NCBI GenBank assembly: GCA_035400585.1
Contig: DAOMZR010000001.1
Span: 191,347-255,346, forward strand
Source of the DNA: a bacterium
GTDB lineage: Bacteria > Patescibacteriota > Patescibacteriia > Patescibacteriales > UBA12465
Length of the DNA: 64,000 nt
Reading direction: 5' to 3'
Shown here: positions 55,908 to 64,000 of the stretch, in pieces
Position numbering within the stretch: position 1 is the stretch's first letter
Layout of the letters: each line of letters opens with the position of its first letter
Translations under genes and position numbers: made by a program
Notes under the pieces: model-generated
What the model was told of the DNA's origin: nothing
Seen by the model: the letters and a program-made list of their open reading frames with translations, nothing else
Databases searched by the model: none

Positions 55908-55991
55908 AATAAATAAGAATTTTTATTCATATATTAGCTATTATATCATAATTTTGTTGTATTTAATAGTTAATGTAAATATATTTTTTAC

Positions 55992-56009
55992 AGAACTCGG
56001 ATTCGAACT
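55992..56009 (-). repeat. Fragment resembling a tRNA T-loop/3' end downstream of tRNA-Asn
   Basis: agaactcggattcgaact (minus AGTTCGAATCCGAGTTCT); no cloverleaf around it. Confidence 0.5.
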
Positions 56010-56018
56010 AAAATATAC

Positions 56019-56049
56019 AAAAAACACCTGTAAATACAGATGTTTTTGA
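56019..56049 (-). terminator. Terminator downstream of tRNA-Asn
   Basis: Minus strand ACATCTGTA-TT-TACAGGTGTTTTTTG. Confidence 0.7.
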
Positions 56050-56055
56050 GCGTTG

Positions 56056-56127
56056 CTCCGAGGGTGGGATTCGAACCCACGACCAATTGATTAACAGTCA
56101 ACTGCGCTACCGCTGCGCTACCTCGGA
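56056..56127 (-). tRNA. tRNA-Asn (anticodon GTT)
   Basis: Minus strand TCCGAGGTAGCGCAGCGGTAGCGCAGTTGACTGTTAATCAATTGGTCGTGGGTTCGAATCCCACCCTCGGAG; loop CTGTTAA; no encoded CCA. Confidence 0.95.
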
Positions 56128-56240
56128 ATACATTCAGTTTTTAAAACTGAATATATAATAACAAACTAAAATAAAATGTCAAATGAATTGACCATCTTTA
56201 AAACGAAAAAACCAATATATATTCAAATTATTATCAAAAA

Positions 56241-57149
56241 TTAATCACTAAGAAGTTTTTTGTCCTCTATCCACAAATTGCCCCTAAAACAATTTCTTCC
56301 GGGATTGAATTTTCTGTCTCCATAATATGATCTACCGTTTTCGTCGTCACTACTAGTTCGGAAACTAGCGCAAATTTCAAATTCTCTATCACCAATTTTA
56401 TTATATTCTATTTTTTCACCAGTTTCTGGATCAATTAAACTTCTTTGATCAAAATAAATTTTACCTTCTTCCGAAGATATTTCTTGTAAATTTTCCGGAA
56501 GTCTATGATTTAAATCATAATAGCTATTTACCATGCTTTCAATCGTTGAAATTCTATTTAAAACAATTTGATCTAATTTTTTCTGTCTAGCTATTTGTGG
56601 CGACTCTACAAAAAACAAAGATGAAACAAAAATTATCACCACCAAACTTAAAGAGCCCCAAAAAAAGATTTTAAGATTATTATCTCTCTTTTCAACGTTT
56701 TCTCTTTTAATATCGTAGAAATAATAACTAAACACCAAAGCAGAAATAACAAAAACGGTTAAAGCCTTTAGAATAAATTTTAAAGTCATTTCGCCTGATA
56801 AAAAGCTATTTAATATGCCGATTAAAGATCCTAGAATTATCACTGCTGAAACAAACAAAATGAAATAGGTTAACCAGCGACGCAAAGAGGAATCTTTTTC
56901 TAATTCATTCTTTCTTAATCCATTGTTTATCAATCTAAGCATTAAGAAAAATATAGGAGCGGCTACAAACAAAGCTGAAATTCCAAACCTCAAACCACCA
57001 TCATTGTTGTAAGCGTAATCAACCAAAATATCGTTGACACTTTTGTCTACTATTTGAAAAATTATTATCGCTGAAGAAATTGCTGTAAAAATCAAAGCCA
57101 CCAGAGAAAGCAAATAATAAAAAGCGAACTTCGGATTGTGATTTTTCAT
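56241..57149 (-). CDS. Membrane protein with DUF5671-like N-terminal domain
   Basis: FAFYYLLSLVALIFTAISSAIIIFQIVDKSVND...LRFGISALFVAAPIFFLMLRLI. Confidence 0.7.
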   Translation of the reverse strand: MKNHNPKFAFYYLLSLVALIFTAISSAIIIFQIVDKSVNDILVDYAYNNDGGLRFGISALFVAAPIFFLMLRLINNGLRKNELEKDSSLRRWLTYFILFVSAVIILGSLIGILNSFLSGEMTLKFILKALTVFVISALVFSYYFYDIKRENVEKRDNNLKIFFWGSLSLVVIIFVSSLFFVESPQIARQKKLDQIVLNRISTIESMVNSYYDLNHRLPENLQEISSEEGKIYFDQRSLIDPETGEKIEYNKIGDREFEICASFRTSSDDENGRSYYGDRKFNPGRNCFRGNLWIEDKKLLSD

Positions 57150-57189
57150 ATTTTTTTAATTAATTATAAATTTTTAAATTATATTAAAT

Positions 57190-58518
57190 TTAAAAATCTC
57201 TTAATTTTTCCAAACTCTTATTTTTCATTTTTCTAATCTTTTCTAAGGCCTTAGCTTCAATTTGTCTAATTCTCTCTCTGGTTACCTCAAATTCCTGACC
57301 AACTTCTTCCAAGGTATGAGCCACTCCATCAATCAAACCAAATCTCATTTCCAGTATTTTCTGCTCTCTAGGAGAAAGACTAATAATTACTTCCTTAACA
57401 TAATCTTTTAAAAGTTGAAGGGCAGCTACTCTATCTGGGGTTTCATTTTTAACATCTTCAATAAAATCTTCCAAGGTCGAATTATCATCATCATCACCGA
57501 TGGTTGTCTCCAGAGAAATAGTCTCTTGAGAAATTTTCATGATATAAATAACCTTATCTAATTCTTCACCCATTTCTGAGGCTACCTCCTCAATCATTGG
57601 TTCTCTGCCTAATTCTTGGATTAAAAATCTTTGAGCCTGTTGAAATTTATTTATATTTTCAACCATATGAACTGGAATACGAATTGTTCTCGATTGATCA
57701 GCTAAAGCTCTAGTTATGGCTTGTCTAATCCACCAGGTAGCATAGGTTGAAAATTTATAACCCTTTTGGTGTTCAAATTTATCAACCGCTCTAAAAAGAC
57801 CAATATTTCCTTCCTGAATCAAATCCAACAAACTCAAACCTTTTACTCCGGAGAATTTTTTAGCAATTGAAACAACCAATTTCAAGTTTGATTCAATCAT
57901 TTTTCTTTCAGCATCTTTATCTCCACGATCCTTTCTTTTTGACAATTCAACTTCTTCTTCCGGGGTTAAAAGAGGAATTTTACCAATCTCTTTTAAATAT
58001 ATTTGAATCGAATCACTGGATAAATTAGCAAAATCAAAAGACATGGATGGTCCCTTTTTCTTTTCTGGAATATTTTTAGAACTTAAACCAAGAACATTAC
58101 CGCTGTCTTCGCTAACCATAATACCAGCGTCATTAAGTCTTCCTAAAAAAATTTCGTATTCATAAATGTGATCCTCAACGTTGGGAAAAAGATATAATAT
58201 TTCGGTTTCAGTTAAAAAACTACGAGATCTTCCCTTCTCAATTATTTTTAAAAGTTGTTCTTCGGATGGTGCTTCTTTTTTTTCGTAATGAGAAATTTCT
58301 ATTTTTTTCTGATCATGTTTTTTAGAGATCACTTTTTGTATTTTTTTGGTTTTATCGCTTTTCTTTTTATGATCCTTGATTTTCTCTTTTACATTTTTAA
58401 GATTTTTCTTTTTGCCAGCAGAAACATTTTTCTTATTTGAAGCTTTAACTACTACCTTATTCTTTTTATGTTTTTTGCCGGCCTCCGTCTTTTTTTCCTT
58501 CATTTTTTTGACATTCAT
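57190..58518 (-). CDS. rpoD: RNA polymerase primary sigma factor, Lys-rich N-terminal extension
   Basis: [87 protein letters not shown]-type motifs, [19 protein letters not shown]. Confidence 0.97.
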   Translation of the reverse strand: MNVKKMKEKKTEAGKKHKKNKVVVKASNKKNVSAGKKKNLKNVKEKIKDHKKKSDKTKKIQKVISKKHDQKKIEISHYEKKEAPSEEQLLKIIEKGRSRSFLTETEILYLFPNVEDHIYEYEIFLGRLNDAGIMVSEDSGNVLGLSSKNIPEKKKGPSMSFDFANLSSDSIQIYLKEIGKIPLLTPEEEVELSKRKDRGDKDAERKMIESNLKLVVSIAKKFSGVKGLSLLDLIQEGNIGLFRAVDKFEHQKGYKFSTYATWWIRQAITRALADQSRTIRIPVHMVENINKFQQAQRFLIQELGREPMIEEVASEMGEELDKVIYIMKISQETISLETTIGDDDDNSTLEDFIEDVKNETPDRVAALQLLKDYVKEVIISLSPREQKILEMRFGLIDGVAHTLEEVGQEFEVTRERIRQIEAKALEKIRKMKNKSLEKLRDF

Positions 58519-58543
58519 ATTTTATTTAAATTTATTTTTATTA

Positions 58544-60403
58544 TTAATTGATTTTCAACAATTTGTCATTCAGCTCTTTAAGTTCATTTAAAATTTTCAA
58601 AATGTCATCTTTTTGACCATTTTTTTCCGATATAATCAACTCTGATTCCTTCTGCCTAATTAAATCCTTATAATACAAACGTTTAATCTCCAAAACTATG
58701 TTCGACAACTCCTTTTTAACTTTTGACTCTAAATCATTATTATCTTGACCATACAAATAAAAATCAGCCAAAAGCCAGGATTCATTTAGTAGAGATATTA
58801 AATTATTGTTTGAATTAGTCTCATCTTTAATATAGGCTAAAAATTGATTATAATCAAGCTTTCCCTTATTTTTATTACCGTACATCACTAATAATTCATA
58901 AAATTTACGATATTTCAAAGGAATTTGGTCTAAATCCAATTTATTGGACAAATAGTCAAAATTCTGTGGAAATCTCAAAGTCAAAGCAAATAAAAGTTCC
59001 GTTAGTTTGTCCTCTCTATTTTTTTGAACAACATTACTGGCTTGAACAAAATTTTTACCATTTTTTTTATTAGTCTCAAAAGTATCATTTTTATTGACTT
59101 TTTTATCTATTTTTGATAATTGCTCCCTTAAAAAAGATTCATTAACTGAATATTTTTGACATATTTCTTTGATCCAAAAATCCTGTTCAACTTTGTTATA
59201 CAGCATATTTACAACTGTTAATATCTTGTTAACGGATTTGTTTTTTTGGTCAATATTGTTCAAATCAATACTTTTTATTTCTTTTGTCAAATAATAATCT
59301 ATAATATTCTTTGAATTGTTAATGGCCTCTTCAAAGATTTTTGGATTATTTCTAATAATTTCATCCGGATCTTTACCTCTTTCCCCTTCTTTGAAGCTTA
59401 CAATCTTTAAATTCAGGCCATTTTTTAGGGCCTCAGCCACTCCTCGATCGGTGGCGCTAGAACCGGCTAAATCCTGATCAAATGATAAAATAACGTTACT
59501 GGTGTATCGTTTTATTAAGTTCAACTGGGAAACCGTTAAAGCTGTCCCTGATGAAGCTACAACGTTTTTAAAACCGGCTTCATGGGCCGAAATAGCGTCC
59601 ATTTGACCTTCAACCACTATTACAGCGTCTTTCTCCTTAATAGCTGTTTTGGCTAAATTTAAGGCAAACAGAAGCCTACTTTTATCATATAAATCGGTTT
59701 GGGGACTATTTATATATTTACCAAAGGATTTATCTCCATTTTGGTTGTCAGGATTTATTCTGGCAGTAAAAGCAACTACTCGACCGTTAACGTCTTTAAT
59801 TGGAAACATTATTCTATCTCGAAAACGATTATAATAACCACCCTTTTCACTTTTAACAGACATTCCGCTTAAAAAAATTTCATTATCAGTATATTTTTTA
59901 TTTTTTAAAAAGTTAATCAAATCGTCATAGCTATTTAAACTATAACCAATTCCCCAACGATTTATAGCTTCTGTTTTTAATCCTCTGTTTAGCAAATAAT
60001 CTCTGATTTTTTTACTCGATTCATTTTTAACTTTATCGTTAGTTAAAATAAAATTATAATATTTAGCGCTTAAATCTAATATTTCTAGTAAACGATTTTT
60101 ATTTTTATTTTCAGAAAAATCATTATTGTCTAAAACAACCCCCGCTTTAGGGGCTAACATTTTTAGAGTTTCTACAAAATCTAAACCCTCCATTTCCATC
60201 AGAAAAGAAAAAATATCTCCACCCTTGCCACAACCAAAGCAATGCCAAATTTGTTTTTCCGGAGAAACCATAAAAGACGGAGTCTTTTCATTGTGAAACG
60301 GACAAACCGCTCTAAAATTAGACCCTGCTGGTTTTAAATTTAGATATTGTGAAATAACATCAACAATATCTAATTTGGCTTTTATTTCTTCGGAATGATT
60401 CAT
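58544..60403 (-). CDS. dnaG: DNA primase
   Basis: FRAVCPFHNEKTPSFMVSPEKQIWHCFGCGKGGDIFSFLMEMEG; VVEGQMDAISAHEAGFKNVVASSGTALT; SFDQDLAG. Confidence 0.97.
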   Translation of the reverse strand: MNHSEEIKAKLDIVDVISQYLNLKPAGSNFRAVCPFHNEKTPSFMVSPEKQIWHCFGCGKGGDIFSFLMEMEGLDFVETLKMLAPKAGVVLDNNDFSENKNKNRLLEILDLSAKYYNFILTNDKVKNESSKKIRDYLLNRGLKTEAINRWGIGYSLNSYDDLINFLKNKKYTDNEIFLSGMSVKSEKGGYYNRFRDRIMFPIKDVNGRVVAFTARINPDNQNGDKSFGKYINSPQTDLYDKSRLLFALNLAKTAIKEKDAVIVVEGQMDAISAHEAGFKNVVASSGTALTVSQLNLIKRYTSNVILSFDQDLAGSSATDRGVAEALKNGLNLKIVSFKEGERGKDPDEIIRNNPKIFEEAINNSKNIIDYYLTKEIKSIDLNNIDQKNKSVNKILTVVNMLYNKVEQDFWIKEICQKYSVNESFLREQLSKIDKKVNKNDTFETNKKNGKNFVQASNVVQKNREDKLTELLFALTLRFPQNFDYLSNKLDLDQIPLKYRKFYELLVMYGNKNKGKLDYNQFLAYIKDETNSNNNLISLLNESWLLADFYLYGQDNNDLESKVKKELSNIVLEIKRLYYKDLIRQKESELIISEKNGQKDDILKILNELKELNDKLLKIN

Positions 60404-60404
60404 T

Positions 60405-60905
60405 TTAGAAAAATAAAAATCTTTTCTTTTTTATATTTTTTTGAAAATTATCTAAATCCCTATCTAAGTCGCCACACTCCATATCGGCTAAAATATCATT
60501 TTCTGGATCGTCATTTTTTTTCTCAATTATAACTTCTTCTTTCTCCTGTTTATCAATTTTTTGATTAATCTGATGTTTTTTACCAAAAGGTAAAACACTA
60601 TAATTATTATTACCCACTATAATAGATAATGATTGTATTTCATTTTCAACCAAATCACCGTCATACTCAGCACTATGCATATGTTGTCCTTCATAACTGG
60701 CTCTTTTTTGATCTAAATGCAAGCTAAAAATACAATCATCATTATTTTCTTCTATATATAAATGAAAACGAGGATAATGACCATCACCCAGACGTCTCAC
60801 TAAACTTTCTTGACCACTTTTTCGGTCAAATATTAAGGCATAGCCAGAGCTTCTAATAACTTTTTTAGCATCTTCTAATTTAATTGATTTAACCAAAAAT
60901 TTCAT
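60405..60905 (-). CDS. Hypothetical protein of unknown function (166 aa)
   Basis: SGYALIFDRKSGQESLVRRLGDGHYPRFHLYIEENNDDCIFSLHLDQKRASYEGQHMHSAEYDGDLVENE. Confidence 0.65.
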   Translation of the reverse strand: MKFLVKSIKLEDAKKVIRSSGYALIFDRKSGQESLVRRLGDGHYPRFHLYIEENNDDCIFSLHLDQKRASYEGQHMHSAEYDGDLVENEIQSLSIIVGNNNYSVLPFGKKHQINQKIDKQEKEEVIIEKKNDDPENDILADMECGDLDRDLDNFQKNIKKKRFLFF

Positions 60906-60915
60906 AAGATAAACA

Positions 60916-61362
60916 TTAGTTTCTTTTTCTGAAAATAAAGAAATTATAAATAATAAAACTTTCTATACCAATAATCACTGTTGCTAAAAATTGAGAAAAA
61001 AGATAATTGATTTCTTTGATGTTAGCAAAAACATGCATCAATTTAACATTCAACAATAAATTAAAAATAGAAAAAAATAAATAAGAAAACAACTGGCGAT
61101 GGACGTAGGCTAAATTATTATTTCTAAAGGTCCAAAATTTATGAACAAAAAAATTAAATAAGAATGATAGAAAAAAAGCCAGAGCTGTCGATGGTAATAA
61201 TTTCTGATTTAAAACATCGTGCAAAAGAAATAAAAAAATCAAATCAAGCAATAAAGTAAAACAACCAGTTATAAAAAACTTAACATAAACTTTTTTTAAA
61301 TTTAGTATTCTGAAAGTGGTTGGAAAATAAGAAAAAATAAAAAATTTGATTTTCTGATACAT
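60916..61362 (-). CDS. GtrA-like membrane protein; start moved to 61362 (MYQKIKFF)
   Basis: FFITGCFTLLLDLIFLFLLHDVLNQKLLPSTALAFFLSFLFNFFVHKFWTFRN; IIGIESFIIYNFFIFRKR. Confidence 0.85.
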   Translation of the reverse strand: MYQKIKFFIFSYFPTTFRILNLKKVYVKFFITGCFTLLLDLIFLFLLHDVLNQKLLPSTALAFFLSFLFNFFVHKFWTFRNNNLAYVHRQLFSYLFFSIFNLLLNVKLMHVFANIKEINYLFSQFLATVIIGIESFIIYNFFIFRKRN

Positions 61363-61369
61363 AAAAAAA

Positions 61370-62263
61370 TTATTTATAAATTTCAGTAATTGCTCCAATT
61401 ATTTTTTCAGAATCAAGAAATCGATCTTTGATACTATCTGAATTTAAAACAACGCTTATAAATTCTTTGCCATTTTTGTCAGCAAATTTAAGGGCCAAAC
61501 AATACCCGGCCAAAATATTATAACCCGTTTTGCCTGAAATTATTTGACCATCAATATCAATATCTCTAAAACCCAACAATAATTCATTGGTAGAATTTAT
61601 TTTTTTTATTCGGCCATTTCTGGTTTCAAAACTATACTCGTAGTTTTCGGTTAAATCAGCTATCAAATCGTTTTCCAACGCCTTATTAGCTATAATAGCT
61701 ACTTCTTTGGCGGTCGATACATTACTATTGCTTAAACCGGTTGGATCTTCAAAATAGGTCTTATATAGTTTTAACTCCTTAGCTTTTTCATTCATTTTCG
61801 CGACAAAATCACTTTCACTTAAACCGGCCGAACTAATTAAAGCTATAACAGCAGTATTATCAGAAGCTATTAAGGATAAGGCCAGTAAATCAATGTTTCT
61901 AACCTCCTCTCCAAAAAACAAATAATCTCTACCACCCAAACGACGATCTTCCTTTTTAATTTTATAATAATCATTATAATCTATATCAAGATCCATAAAA
62001 ACCAAGGCTGACATTAACTTACTAATACTAGCAATAGATCTAACTTCATCAGAATTTTTTTCGAAAACAAAAAAATCAGAATCTAAATCAAGAACGGCTG
62101 TTGAAGAAGCTGATAAATCAAGTTCATCAATTTTTTTAGTTTTTTCTAAAAAACCATCAATTTGCCAAACCTTTTTAATCTCACCCTGATTTTCAATAAT
62201 CGGTGAAGAAAAATTACTAAAAAACAGAGAAGTTATAATGTGAAAAACAACAAAAACAAACAT
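61370..62263 (-). CDS. Serine-type D-Ala-D-Ala carboxypeptidase (S11-like)
   Basis: VRSIASISKLMSALVFMD (SxxK), ASDNTAV, GKTGYNILAGYCLA (KTG). Confidence 0.88.
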   Translation of the reverse strand: MFVFVVFHIITSLFFSNFSSPIIENQGEIKKVWQIDGFLEKTKKIDELDLSASSTAVLDLDSDFFVFEKNSDEVRSIASISKLMSALVFMDLDIDYNDYYKIKKEDRRLGGRDYLFFGEEVRNIDLLALSLIASDNTAVIALISSAGLSESDFVAKMNEKAKELKLYKTYFEDPTGLSNSNVSTAKEVAIIANKALENDLIADLTENYEYSFETRNGRIKKINSTNELLLGFRDIDIDGQIISGKTGYNILAGYCLALKFADKNGKEFISVVLNSDSIKDRFLDSEKIIGAITEIYK

Positions 62264-62267
62264 ACGA

Positions 62268-63074
62268 CTATTCTTTTTTTAATTCTTCATCTTCATCTTC
62301 GCTGTCACCCTCATCATCTTCATCATCTTCGTCATTTTCGTCATCTTCATATTCATCTTCTTCATCTTCTTCGTTATCACCCTCTAAATCTTCATTCTCT
62401 TCATTATCAGTTTCATTATTATTTTCTTCTTCATTTTCTGTATCACCATCAATATTCTCATTTTTTTCTTCCTTACCTTCAAAGCCATTTTCAACATTCT
62501 CACTGATTAAATCATTAAGATTTTTATCTTCGGATTTGTTAATGTCACCCAACAACTTATCTATCTCTTCGTTTTTATTAAATTTCTCATAATCAGGCAA
62601 CTCATTTAAACTTGAAATTCCAAGGAATTTAACAAAATCAAGACTAACAGTATAAATATTGTCCTCTATTTCATTTCCCTGTTTTTCCTCAATTAAACCC
62701 CTAATTAATAGGTTTTTTAAGATCAAGCTACAATTTATTCCTCTAATTTTTTCAATGTCTTTTTTCTTTATTGGGCCTCGATAGGCTATTATAGTAAGTG
62801 TTTCTAGGCTGGCCGGGGTTAATTCACCACTAACTTCACTTTGCATAAATTTTTGAACAACTTCAGCGCTTTCTGGAGAGCTAGACATTTGATATTTTTT
62901 AGAATTTTCGATTATCAATATACCACGGTTGCCATTTTTATAATCATTTATTAATTCCCCGATTTCCCTTTCAACATCTTCTGTTTTTATCTCCAAAACA
63001 TCGGCCAATTCTTTTAAAGACAATGGCTTAGGAGAGACAAAAAGTAATGATTCAATAGAGCGCTTAATATTCAT
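62268..63074 (-). CDS. scpB: Segregation and condensation protein B with long acidic tail
   Basis: SIESLLFVSPKPLSLKELADVLEI, ASLETLTIIAYRGPIKKKDIEKIRGINCSLILKNLLIRGLIEE; tail of ~75 mostly D/E/N residues. Confidence 0.93.
   Translation of the reverse strand: MNIKRSIESLLFVSPKPLSLKELADVLEIKTEDVEREIGELINDYKNGNRGILIIENSKKYQMSSSPESAEVVQKFMQSEVSGELTPASLETLTIIAYRGPIKKKDIEKIRGINCSLILKNLLIRGLIEEKQGNEIEDNIYTVSLDFVKFLGISSLNELPDYEKFNKNEEIDKLLGDINKSEDKNLNDLISENVENGFEGKEEKNENIDGDTENEEENNNETDNEENEDLEGDNEEDEEDEYEDDENDEDDEDDEGDSEDEDEELKKE
62280..62500 (-). repeat. Low-complexity trinucleotide-like tract (tcatcttca...) encoding the ScpB acidic tail
   Basis: ttcatcttcatcttcgctgtcaccctcatcatcttcatcatcttcgtcattttcg... 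Confidence 0.85.
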
Positions 63075-63097
63075 AAATTTATTTAAATTAATTAAAA

Positions 63098-63829
63098 TTA
63101 CAAAAGATCTTCGTTATTTTCTTCCAAATAAATTTCACTAAACAATTCTACTTGATTAAAAACCAATTCTCTTTGTTTTGATAATTCCAAGACAGCTAAA
63201 AAGTTAACTATTATTTCGGTCTTAGATCTAGCTTCTTGTAAAATTTTAGTAAAATTTATTTTAATTTTCTTATTTATTAAATTTTTAATAAAAGAAATTC
63301 TTTCGTCTATGCTTATTTCTGATTTGATTGTTTCTTCTTCTAACTTTTCTTCTTCGTTTTTATTTCTTTCTAAAACTTTTAAGAAAGAATTATATAAATC
63401 GTCTTTTTTAACATTCTTTGGTGGGAAGAAATAATCGCCCAAGAAAGAAAAACGACGATTGTTCTTATTTATAATTCTAGAAAAAGAAAATTTCTTTTTT
63501 CCAATTATTTTCTGTATCTTGTTGCTTAAATCAACAAAGTCCTTATACATCTTTAATTGCTTTTCCAAGTCTTCAACCTCTTCTTCGTCTTCTGGGCTAA
63601 ACAAATATGGCAATAGAGCTTTTGATTTTAAGTAAATCAATTTGCTGGCCATTAACAAAAAATCAGCCATTCTTTCCGGTAAAATTTCCTGTGAATTTTG
63701 AATATATTCCAAATATTCATCGGCTATTTTAGCCAAGCTGACTGACGTAATATCCAACTCCTCCTTTTCTATAATTCTCAAAAGCAAAGATAATGGTCCC
63801 TGAAATTGATCTATTTTGATATCTATCAT
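63098..63829 (-). CDS. scpA: Segregation and condensation protein A; start placed at 63829
   Basis: MIDIKIDQFQGPLSLLLRIIEKEELDITSVSLAKIADEYLEYIQ...ADFLLMASKLIYLKSKALLP. Confidence 0.95.
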   Translation of the reverse strand: MIDIKIDQFQGPLSLLLRIIEKEELDITSVSLAKIADEYLEYIQNSQEILPERMADFLLMASKLIYLKSKALLPYLFSPEDEEEVEDLEKQLKMYKDFVDLSNKIQKIIGKKKFSFSRIINKNNRRFSFLGDYFFPPKNVKKDDLYNSFLKVLERNKNEEEKLEEETIKSEISIDERISFIKNLINKKIKINFTKILQEARSKTEIIVNFLAVLELSKQRELVFNQVELFSEIYLEENNEDLL

Positions 63830-63857
63830 AATATTTTCACAAAACAAGCCAAAAATT

Positions 63858-63880
63858 GGGTATTTTATATTAAAATACCC
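63858..63880. terminator. Inverted repeat upstream of scpA, possible terminator of an off-window gene
   Basis: gggtatttta-tat-taaaataccc. Confidence 0.45.
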
Positions 63881-64000
63881 CTTACTCTATCTATTTTAAC
63901 TGATTTTGAACCTTTTATCAATAGTAAATTAATACATTGAAATACTGAATTTATAGCTAAAAACTTAAATATTTTATCTTTCTTCTAATTAAATTATGGA

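Noticed and set aside
60916-61398. 28-bp overlap between GtrA-like and D,D-carboxypeptidase ORFs
   Set aside because: Disappears when the GtrA-like start is placed at MYQKIKFF (61362), which has the resident TTATG context.
62240-62506. 88-aa plus-strand ORF rich in His/Leu (HLHLRCHPHHLHHLRHF)
   Set aside because: Pure antisense reading of the ScpB acidic tract; low-complexity artefact.

Overview
AT-rich, gene-dense window that reads as Candidate Phyla Radiation / Patescibacteria (inference from gene content and organisation, not tested phylogenetically). Housekeeping genes include dnaX, serS, lysS, greA, aspS, uvrB-uvrA-short uvrC, rpoD-dnaG, scpA-scpB, murI, alr, rlmH and an IMPDH/GMP-reductase family gene. 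There is also a surface-polysaccharide block (TraX-like, O-antigen ligase-like, GT2, GT4, flippase), several large secreted/surface proteins, and two tRNAs (Gln-CTG, Asn-GTT). Main observations: (1) A three-gene plus-strand cassette at 40.9-44.8 kb looks like Bacteroidota type IX secretion cargo: a CHU_C/type-B sorting-domain protein with SprB-like repeats, a PorP/SprF-like protein and a PD40 protein. It sits between rlmH and mtnA and has its own promoter and terminator; a fourth Bacteroidota-like secreted protein lies at 39.5 kb. (2) A strong dif-like 28-mer (4424..4451) lies beside a Xer recombinase gene, where predominant gene orientation flips, suggesting the replication terminus. (3) Genes lack Shine-Dalgarno sequences, start in a (A/T)TATG context, show TAA-N-ATG stop/start junctions, and several have consensus promoters placed for leaderless mRNAs. 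(4) A phosphorylase / class II aldolase / MtnA cluster suggests nucleoside or methylthioadenosine salvage to DHAP. (5) Partial tRNA 3' ends lie downstream of both tRNAs, one inside a GC-rich island. (6) There are unusual domain fusions: DnaQ-like exonuclease with UvrD helicase, DUF2807-like with YgjP metallopeptidase, pseudopilin with FISUMP, Kazal with tandem repeats. No rRNA, CRISPR array, transposase or prophage was seen.
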